A stretch of 64,000 bases of DNA from a virus: positions 105,967 through 169,966 of IMG/VR virus record IMGVR_UViG_3300047089_000244, one strand, 5' to 3'. This document shows positions 46,734-53,769 of this stretch, in pieces. A model generated the notes under the pieces. It worked only from the letters and a program-made list of their open reading frames with translations. It ran no database searches and was not told where the DNA came from. The position numbers and the translations under genes are program-made. Every line of letters begins with the position of its first letter. The stretch's first letter is position 1.

Positions 46734-47079
46734 TGGACCATCCCGGAATCGAACCGGGGTCTTGTTGTGATTATCGATCTAGCTATCTAGCATCTTGGGA
46801 CAGGCTTGGCCCGTCTCCACCACTCGGTTTATGTCCGAGAACATACTGCTTTCGCGGGGTGCTACCATGAGCACTTTCTGTTCCTAGGTATGTGCTCCTA
46901 CCCGGCGCTGGCGATTAAGCCAGAGCGAGATGTGTCTCGCGTGCCGTGAAGCTTCCATCAAGGAAGCTTGCCGGAATAGCGAGAGTATCATCATTGCCAG
47001 TTATGGCTTGTGCGATTTAGGTGTCGCAACCGATGCACTAGAGGGACTCTCGGGCAACAATCGAATACCCATATGGCCC
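46734..47079 (-). ncRNA. ssrA: tmRNA
   Basis: GGGCCAU/AUGGUCC-A acceptor with G3.U70; T arm CCCGG-UUCGAUU-CCGGG; AUAACU then tag ORF 46998-46915 GNDDTLAIPASFLDGSFTARETHLALA*. Confidence 0.92.
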
Positions 47080-47323
47080 ATGTACCTGCCACGAATCGGG
47101 CAACAATCCCTATCCGCAGGTCCTACAGGGGAGGGAATCCCATCCTGTAGCTGATGCTTGCGGGCGAGGCTAGATAGCACCTCGCCCGCCGACATTACTC
47201 GACTGACTCAGTACTGCTGGATCACCCCCTAAGTTGAAAGGACAAGACACCTAAGGCAGGTACGCCTCCTCGGTTCTAGAAACCGAGCACCCTTACATCT
47301 TGTGGTGACGTTTAAGGTGTCAG

Positions 47324-47395
47324 TGGACGATCAGGGTATCGATCCCCGTACCTCCCGCCTGTCAAACGGGTGCTCTCCCATTGAGCTAATCGTCC
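47324..47395 (-). tRNA. tRNA-Val (GAC)
   Basis: Cloverleaf; T loop ATCGATA. Confidence 0.88.
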
Positions 47396-47534
47396 TAGCC
47401 CCCATCGCGTCTGTTCGCTCCCATGGAGCTACTAAGACCATAGGTACTAGGGCAAACCCCAGGACTACTAATGATATACTAATGATGGACCGACATGATG
47501 GGCCTTACCCCACCCGGCCTAGACATCCACCAAG

Positions 47535-47608
47535 TGCTCGATGAAGGAATCGAACCTTCGACACGTTGGGTGTAAACCAACTGCTCTAAACCACTGAGCT
47601 AATCGAGC
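47535..47608 (-). tRNA. tRNA-Val (TAC)
   Basis: Full cloverleaf. Confidence 0.92.
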
Positions 47609-47773
47609 ATACAAAAACCGCCCTCTCCTTGCTTCAAAAAGCTCAGAGAGTATTGTCATCTCCGCTGCTCACGGAGTTTGCAGGGCTGAGCAGTTCCCCT
47701 GGCGATAGTGAGTTGGCAGTCAGTCCACAACCCTAACAAGGGTGTGCTGTACCTAGCTGTTCACCACAGCTAG

Positions 47774-47845
47774 CGATTCCACGGGGGATCGAACCCCGAC
47801 TTGCTCCTGGACAGGGAGCCGTGATGGCCATTTCACTATGGAACC
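47774..47845 (-). tRNA. tRNA-Asp (GTC)
   Basis: Full cloverleaf, G73. Confidence 0.9.
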
Positions 47846-47937
47846 AAGGGTCTGGCATTGCGGGAGTCTATCCACCGGAAGCCAGACAGTAACGTCTACA
47901 GGTCATGACTCCCGTAGTTTGCGAGACTAATTCGCAG

Positions 47938-48006
47938 CGGGGCGAGAAGGAATTGAACCCTCGCCTGCGGGTTTGGAATCCGCTTGGTCACCATGACCTT
48001 CACCCC
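47938..48006 (-). tRNA. tRNA-Trp (CCA)
   Basis: Loop TTCCAAA; short D arm. Confidence 0.82.
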
Positions 48007-48206
48007 ATGTGTACTAAAGCTTTTCTCCTTTGCAGATCCCGATACAGTGCTGTCCGGAACTTTGTAAACCAGTTCGGATCATCAGGATCGTAAGCTTCGA
48101 GCGCCGCTTGGTTCGCGGCAGCGAAAACGTGCGGTTGTAGCTCCTCCTGCTTGAGAGGACGGTTCAAATATCTCAACGGTAGTAGTTCCGATACCATGCG
48201 AATCAC
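48000..48206 (-). CDS. Small hypothetical protein
   Basis: ORF filling the spacer between tRNAs. Confidence 0.45.
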   Translation of the reverse strand: MIRMVSELLPLRYLNRPLKQEELQPHVFAAANQAALEAYDPDDPNWFTKFRTALYRDLQRRKALVHMG

Positions 48207-48214
48207 TATACCAA

Positions 48215-48286
48215 AGCCAACACTCGGAGTCGAACCGAGTTTCCACGCTTACGAAGCGCGTGCATCGCCGTCAATGCTTTGCTGGC
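48215..48286 (-). tRNA. tRNA-Thr (CGT)
   Basis: Full cloverleaf. Confidence 0.88.
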
Positions 48287-48374
48287 ACAAGAAGCAACCC
48301 GTCCTGAGGACGCCGAAGGGACTCAGCCGCGTCCACGACAGGACTCACGTCCCTTTATTCGTGTGTTACTTCTA

Positions 48375-48446
48375 AGCCTACACTCAGAATCGAACTGAGG
48401 ATGCTCGCATACCAAGCGAGTGTGATACCACTTACACTATGTAGGC
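48375..48446 (-). tRNA. tRNA-Thr (GGT)
   Basis: Full cloverleaf. Confidence 0.9.
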
Positions 48447-48580
48447 ACGAAGGTCCGGTAGCATACCCACTGTCGTCACAGTATAGGGCAGAGGCTTGAC
48501 CGGACCGTACAACAGCCTCTCTATGAGAGGGCGCTCCGTCCGCGATCCCTCTACCGGGGGCCGACCGAGCAATCTTTGAG

Positions 48581-48654
48581 TCAGGATAGGAGGATTTGAA
48601 CCTCCGACCTCTCCCATCCGAGGGGAGCGCTCTACCAAGCTGAGCCATACCCTG
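48581..48654 (-). tRNA. tRNA-Pro (CGG)
   Basis: Full cloverleaf. Confidence 0.92.
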
Positions 48655-48743
48655 ATGCGACCGGCTGCGATCTACTGGTTGTTACACCAGGTCTGCACGG
48701 TCACGCGACCAAGACAGGGCATTGCCGAAGTCCAAATCGCTAG

Positions 48744-48838
48744 TGCGCCTGATGGGATTTGAACCCACATCCGTCGGTGTGAAAAACCGATGCTGGGGAC
48801 AGGTTATGAAGCTGCCTCTACCATTCAGCTACAGACGC
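48744..48838 (-). tRNA. tRNA-Glu (TTC) with hairpin inserted in D loop
   Basis: GCGTCTG/CAGGCGC; TCGGT-TTTTCAC-ACCGA; about 20 extra nt in D region. Confidence 0.65.
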
Positions 48839-48938
48839 TAGTTGTGCTCCCTACCGTTTGAGCCGGAAAACCGATCGCAGAACGGCTCGCCTGGGTTTAC
48901 CCTAATCTCCGGAAGCACAGAGAGATGGCGAAACTACA

Positions 48939-49013
48939 TCGGGATGGCCGGATTCGAACCGACGATCGCCCGCTTCCAAGGCGGCCATGTTAACCAGACT
49001 ACACCACATCCCG
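48939..49013 (-). tRNA. tRNA-Pro (TGG)
   Basis: Full cloverleaf. Confidence 0.9.
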
Positions 49014-49048
49014 TGGTTCCCTAGTCCGTGCTGAGCGGACGAAGGGAG

Positions 49049-49120
49049 TGGAGGACAGGGGAGTCGAACCCCTAACTCTGCCGTGCAAAAGCAGTGTGTT
49101 CCCATTAGCACCAGTCCCCC
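49049..49120 (-). tRNA. tRNA-Ala (TGC)
   Basis: G3.U70. Confidence 0.9.
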
Positions 49121-49219
49121 TGGTGAAATCCGCAGGCTCGGCTCGCGGACTGAGTACAATCTGGGCGCTCTCATCCCATCTCATATGTTTACGGGCTGCC
49201 GATTCAGACCGTCCTACAG

Positions 49220-49291
49220 TGCCTCCGTGGGGAATCGAACCCCAGCTTACCGATTAAAAGTCGGTGGGTCTACCACTAACCATACGGAGAC
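49220..49291 (-). tRNA. tRNA-Lys (TTT)
   Basis: Full cloverleaf. Confidence 0.85.
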
Positions 49292-49408
49292 AAGACCCAG
49301 AACAGAGCGCAGACGCTTCAAAGCGGTAAGGCTCCACATCTGCGATTACTCTGGGGTACTACCCTTCATTCATATGTGGTTTATCAAGTGCCGGAGTCAT
49401 GTCCGGAG

Positions 49409-49491
49409 TGCTGTCCGGGGGAGTCGAACCCCCATGCTCTTACGAGCGGCCGGTTCTAAGCCGACTGCGTATACCATTCCACCAGGACAGC
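49409..49491 (-). tRNA. tRNA-Leu (TAG)
   Basis: Long V arm. Confidence 0.9.
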
Positions 49492-49577
49492 AAATTGTCG
49501 GTCGCGATTCCTGCATCCACCGACGGTATCTCTTGAACGTGATCAAATCGCTCTCACTACCGTACTTCTTACAGGAG

Positions 49578-49661
49578 TGCGCCAGGAGGGACTTGAACCC
49601 TCACGCCCTTGCGGGCACACGGATCTGAACCGTGCTCGTCTACCGATTCCGACACTAACGC
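49578..49661 (-). tRNA. tRNA-Leu (CAG)
   Basis: Long V arm. Confidence 0.9.
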
Positions 49662-49810
49662 AAATGGTTGTCCACGAGGGTTGATTATTCCCCCACTTCG
49701 CATCCACTACTAACACCAAGATCAGGTGTACTCGGGCTCTACTTGGTTACCCGTACCCAATTGCTTTCGCTTCAACTCCTCTTTCTTCCCTATCGGAAGA
49801 AGATGGACAG

Positions 49811-49893
49811 TGCGCTGAGTGGGATTCGAACCCACACGGGCCGAAGCCCACTGCCTCCTCAAGGCAGCACGTCTACCTTTCCATCACCAGCGC
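49811..49893 (-). tRNA. tRNA-Leu (GAG)
   Basis: Long V arm. Confidence 0.9.
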
Positions 49894-50071
49894 GGGATGT
49901 TTATGATAAAGTCCCGCATACGCGAGACCAATTTTTCTGAAAGACAAAGCCCTTTGGTAGGCCGGTTATGTTTGCTCCGCTGCTCAGCCAGACGCAAATT
50001 TAATCCCTGGACAATCTGAGAACTGATGCTCCCCGCGCCCCTTACCTGGAGGTCACGACCAAAAGACTTAG

Positions 50072-50157
50072 TGCGTGCCGAGAGATTCGAACTCCCATTC
50101 CAGAGACTGGAGGGTGGGTTACAGCCACCTGCGACAAACCGTATTCGCGTGACACGC
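50072..50157 (-). tRNA. tRNA-Tyr (GTA)
   Basis: Long V arm. Confidence 0.88.
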
Positions 50158-50380
50158 ATGATACATCAGGTCCTTGATTCCGGGCGCGATCCGACGAGCA
50201 ACTTGATCCCACGACCTTACTCGTTTCGGGACCATGCGGTATGGTTACCGCTGCACTCAAGGGTTTTGCCCTGATGTGGAGGCGTTGGGTATGTCCTACA
50301 GCTATGAGGGACTATGTACGGTGCCTTCTGTGCCGTTCGGCAGGTACTATAGCAGATCCGAAAACCCACTTCCTGCTTAG

Positions 50381-50453
50381 AGCCCCTGGCGGGATTCGAA
50401 CCCGCGACCATCGGGGTAGAAATCCGATGCTCTGTCCTCTGAGCTACAAGGGC
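50381..50453 (-). tRNA. tRNA-Arg (TCT)
   Basis: Full cloverleaf. Confidence 0.92.
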
Positions 50454-50484
50454 TTGTGCTGCTATGTCGTGCTGCTGGAGAGCT

Positions 50485-50513
50485 ACTATACCACACTTCA
50501 AACGGGACTTCAA
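50485..50513 (-). promoter_or_regulatory. Promoter heading the RNA array
   Basis: TTGAAG-N17-TATAGT with extended TG. Confidence 0.7.
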
Positions 50514-50542
50514 ACAAGAAAGGCTCCGATCTTCTCGGAGCC
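50512..50542 (-). terminator. Intrinsic terminator
   Basis: GGCTCCGA-GAAGA-TCGGAGCC-TTTCTTGTTT. Confidence 0.7.
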
Positions 50543-50645
50543 CCTAGAACTCGGCCTGATGTTGGCGTTGTCTAGGGGTTAGCTCACGGTTTTCCCGTGG
50601 GCCTGTTCCTCATTCTGCTTAGGGGATAGATACACCATCTCATGT

Positions 50646-50675
50646 ATTGTAGCAACGGAGGAACCTAAGTTTCAA
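50646..50675 (-). promoter_or_regulatory. SigA-type promoter
   Basis: TTGAAA-N18-TACAAT with extended TG. Confidence 0.6.
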
Positions 50676-50695
50676 GGGTCCTTTCAAAAGATTTT

Positions 50696-51079
50696 CTAGC
50701 CGGAGCAATCACGACTGCGGACGAAGGTCGCGCTGACTCTCGTTGAGTCATATGCTTCGATCTCTTGACGCTTAGCATCTGACTTAGCGCAAAGCTTGCA
50801 AAGCTTTGCCTTCAGCTTGTCGATGGCTTCTTGTGGAGTCTTGCCTTTGGCTGTCCGGTCCAAAGAATCACTCCAGTCACCGAGATAAGGAATATAGGCG
50901 TGTGTTCTAGCCTCCCACTTCCATCTGAAACTAATGGCCTCGACATTGTAGACTTCAATATTCATCGTCTCCGAGTGTCGCCGATATGTTTTCCCTTCAG
51001 ACATCAGATCTCCAGGCGCGATGAAGCTTCTCCAAAGCATCCGGCTCCCGGACCTCCTGATAGCCAGTAGCCTCGTCAA
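50696..51079 (-). CDS. Hypothetical protein (likely start MSEGK)
   Basis: ORF in minus-strand run. Confidence 0.5.
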   Translation of the reverse strand: MTRLLAIRRSGSRMLWRSFIAPGDLMSEGKTYRRHSETMNIEVYNVEAISFRWKWEARTHAYIPYLGDWSDSLDRTAKGKTPQEAIDKLKAKLCKLCAKSDAKRQEIEAYDSTRVSATFVRSRDCSG

Positions 51080-51171
51080 CCAAGGCGATGGTCCCTACCT
51101 TAGCCATCGCGATCACATCCTTCAGTGGCATACACCATTCGCATGTGCAATTGTCTTCATGTGGGGATGGC

Positions 51172-51918
51172 TCAGGCACCATGTTCCTTTCCCTTGTCGT
51201 CATTCTTGATCGTGGTCTTGAAGAGTGAGTTGCTGTGCTTGTGGTAGGTTACGATCCCCTCCGGGTCCATGAACCCAGGTGCCGCCGATGATCCACGCAC
51301 CTTGAGGGTCGAGAGGACGCCCTTGATGGCGGCCGTATCGAACTCCTCTAGTTCCGCGAGCACTGGTACAACGTGGCAGCAGTCTGGGCGACGAGTCCCG
51401 TTGTCGTTGTACTCGCCGTTCCATCGCGCCGTGTTGAAGAGGCTGAATCGCTTCTCCTCCAATCCGTATTTGCGCTGGATACCTGCGCCCCACCACTCGC
51501 CGAAGTGAACGCCGACTCCAAGGCCCATCGCCAGTTCGCGTGCGTGCTCGCGTACCCATTTGGCGAAGCCGAAGTTGTCCTGTTCCGGAGAGAGGACCTG
51601 CTTGCGCGACTGCGCGTAAACGAAGACTGGCTCCCAGCCATCCAGCTTGTGGCCGTCCGTGTTGATCACGATGCCCGGACCAACGACCTCCTCATCGCCG
51701 TAGTTGTAGGGAACCATGTCGCTCACCACGACAGCGGCGTTGGTACCATCGATCTTCTCGGTGATGACGACCGGGCGGAAGAGCCTCCCGATCTTCGGGA
51801 AGGGAGTGAAGTCTGCCTGTGGAATGAATGCGTCCTCCGGTATACGTACCTGCGCGTTGAGATCCATGTCCTCAAGACCCATCCCACTCAACCTCCATGT
51901 ATCCGTTCTCATTGCCAC
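51172..51918 (-). CDS. RNA ligase (Rnl2-like adenylyltransferase domain)
   Basis: Motif I EKIDGTN, QSR, GEWWG, F, EGIV, FK; true start may be downstream. Confidence 0.85.
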   Translation of the reverse strand: MAMRTDTWRLSGMGLEDMDLNAQVRIPEDAFIPQADFTPFPKIGRLFRPVVITEKIDGTNAAVVVSDMVPYNYGDEEVVGPGIVINTDGHKLDGWEPVFVYAQSRKQVLSPEQDNFGFAKWVREHARELAMGLGVGVHFGEWWGAGIQRKYGLEEKRFSLFNTARWNGEYNDNGTRRPDCCHVVPVLAELEEFDTAAIKGVLSTLKVRGSSAAPGFMDPEGIVTYHKHSNSLFKTTIKNDDKGKEHGA

Positions 51919-52372
51919 GATATCCTACAGCAAGACTCTCGATCAATTGCCATGCTGATATGACTCTCGTTACACCGCCATATCCTCTCATTTGTTCGAT
52001 CACATCCCCTGGAGTTGGGTCCTCCGGCGCATCTCCATCCGGCCAAACCTCATCAACAGATAGCTCCACATCGGGGAATGAAATAAGAAACTTGCGCTGC
52101 TCAGAAGTGGGTGTCTGTCCTGTGCGGTCCATGATACTGTCATAAAGTTTCTCAAGTTGCTCCGGCCCATACTCGTCCGATGTCTCCTCAGATTTGAACG
52201 CGACGAGAGGCATCTGTATGACAGAACTATCAACCAAACGTTCAATAGCATTTGCTAATAGATGGATTGCGCATTCAATCTCCGTTGTATTAGAGAATTG
52301 TTTAGGTAACACGCGGCGGGCTTGAACTACCAAGTCCTTGACCGCGCGCTCCCTTGTAGAGTCTTCCATCAA
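51872..52372 (-). CDS. Hypothetical protein
   Basis: GAGGT RBS. Confidence 0.6.
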   Translation of the reverse strand: MMEDSTRERAVKDLVVQARRVLPKQFSNTTEIECAIHLLANAIERLVDSSVIQMPLVAFKSEETSDEYGPEQLEKLYDSIMDRTGQTPTSEQRKFLISFPDVELSVDEVWPDGDAPEDPTPGDVIEQMRGYGGVTRVISAWQLIESLAVGYRGNENGYMEVEWDGS

Positions 52373-52373
52373 C

Positions 52374-53087
52374 CTACCTCACCTCGTCAATGAAACCATA
52401 GCCGAGCGCTGTATCAGCGGTCATCCACCAATCCTTACGACTCCAACTACGTTTGATGAATCCCTTGGTGGTCTTTTTGTTGATCAATTCTGCTCGGGAG
52501 GCGAAGAGATTCAGGATACGCTCGTGCATGATCTCCACAAATTTGACCTGATCCTCGATCTTACCGAAGGAACCGACTGCTCCGAATTGCGCCTCGTGGA
52601 TAAGAAGGAAAGCGTTCTCACCCATAATACGCTTGTTGCCTGTCTGAAGAAGGACGCCAGCCATTGATGCCGCAGCACCCAAAGCCCTCGTGTTGATCGT
52701 GTGTCCTTTGGCGCGAAGATCGAAGATGAAATCGACTAGCGCAAAGCCATCGATAACCGCCCCCCCAGGAGAGTTAATCTGAAGCTCGATCTCGCAGTTG
52801 TCCTTCTGCCTAGTCCAAAGTACCAACTGATTGATGCACGCCTTGACTGAATCTTCATCAACCGGCCTGTCGAAAACGTACACGGAGTTGTGCTGGTTCT
52901 TTGCAAGCTCATCTAACTCAGCACGTTTCTTTGCGGCCAGCAAGATCTCTGCTTGCTTTGCTTCGGCAGTTACTTTGCGAGCCTCGGCTCTGTGAAGCTG
53001 AGCTTCCTCGTGAGCGGCCTCGGCCTCGGCCGTAAACTTGTTACGCTCCTCGATAGTTGTCTCCTTATCTTCTTTTCTGGCGGGCAT
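52374..53087 (-). CDS. clpP: ClpP-family serine protease
   Basis: INSPGG, AASMA (Ser), LIH (His), DWWMTA..A...GFID. Confidence 0.9.
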   Translation of the reverse strand: MPARKEDKETTIEERNKFTAEAEAAHEEAQLHRAEARKVTAEAKQAEILLAAKKRAELDELAKNQHNSVYVFDRPVDEDSVKACINQLVLWTRQKDNCEIELQINSPGGAVIDGFALVDFIFDLRAKGHTINTRALGAAASMAGVLLQTGNKRIMGENAFLLIHEAQFGAVGSFGKIEDQVKFVEIMHERILNLFASRAELINKKTTKGFIKRSWSRKDWWMTADTALGYGFIDEVR

Positions 53088-53351
53088 CGCATTCCTCCTC
53101 GGAATCTTTACATTTAGTTATGGAAGTTCTATGGCCAGTGTAGCAAGACTACTTCTTTGGTTTCTTTGTCGCACACTTCACGATCACGCCATCCTCATCT
53201 GCAAGCTTTTCAAGGATAGCTTCATCGATCGTGCCACTCATACCGAGAGCACCGGCCTCTCCATAGATCGCAATCACCGAGCAACGTCCATCGTTGTTTG
53301 CCATCACCGGAATACGGATCGGGCCGATACGAAATTCGTCTCCGCGTCGTA

Positions 53352-53633
53352 TCACTTTAATGGCACAGTCTTCATCGCCGCGATCTCACGCCTGCGCTTG
53401 AGACGATCGGCCGTTGCCTTTTCCTGAGCCTTCTCAACGGCCTGCATCTCAGAGTCGGCAGAACCGCTCCCTATCTGTATATTCTGACTCCAGCGCTCTC
53501 CCGCGCGGGTAGATGCAAAGACGTAGAAGTTCCAGCGAAAGTTTTCAAGCTCATAAAGCTTGACCTCATAACGGATAGAATCTAAAATCCCCATCCGCCG
53601 TCCTTCCCGCGCGGATGACGAAGAGGCTCGCAC
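53352..53633 (-). CDS. Hypothetical protein
   Basis: ORF; likely start MGILD. Confidence 0.5.
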   Translation of the reverse strand: MRASSSSAREGRRMGILDSIRYEVKLYELENFRWNFYVFASTRAGERWSQNIQIGSGSADSEMQAVEKAQEKATADRLKRRREIAAMKTVPLK

Positions 53634-53769
53634 TCTGCTAGAGGACGCCCCGCAGGTAGACGACGATACGCTGGATGGCGGTCGTCACGTTCGCGGGTCT
53701 TGTCCGACTTTTTCTTTGGTAGTGCTTGCGGTGTTGGCGTCTTCTTCATACAACGCAGTGTAGCACGAA

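Noticed and set aside
39198-50453. Host chromosomal tRNA region or prophage boundary
   Set aside because: No integrase, rRNA or housekeeping operons; divergent CCA-less tRNAs are co-oriented with phage genes on both sides
39321-50582. Most ORF-track ORFs across the RNA array
   Set aside because: They overlap tRNAs, tmRNA or RNase P RNA and lack RBS or protein motifs
52374-53087. ClpP as the prohead protease
   Set aside because: It lies among metabolic genes away from the head module and has no capsid fusion; not excluded, but unsupported
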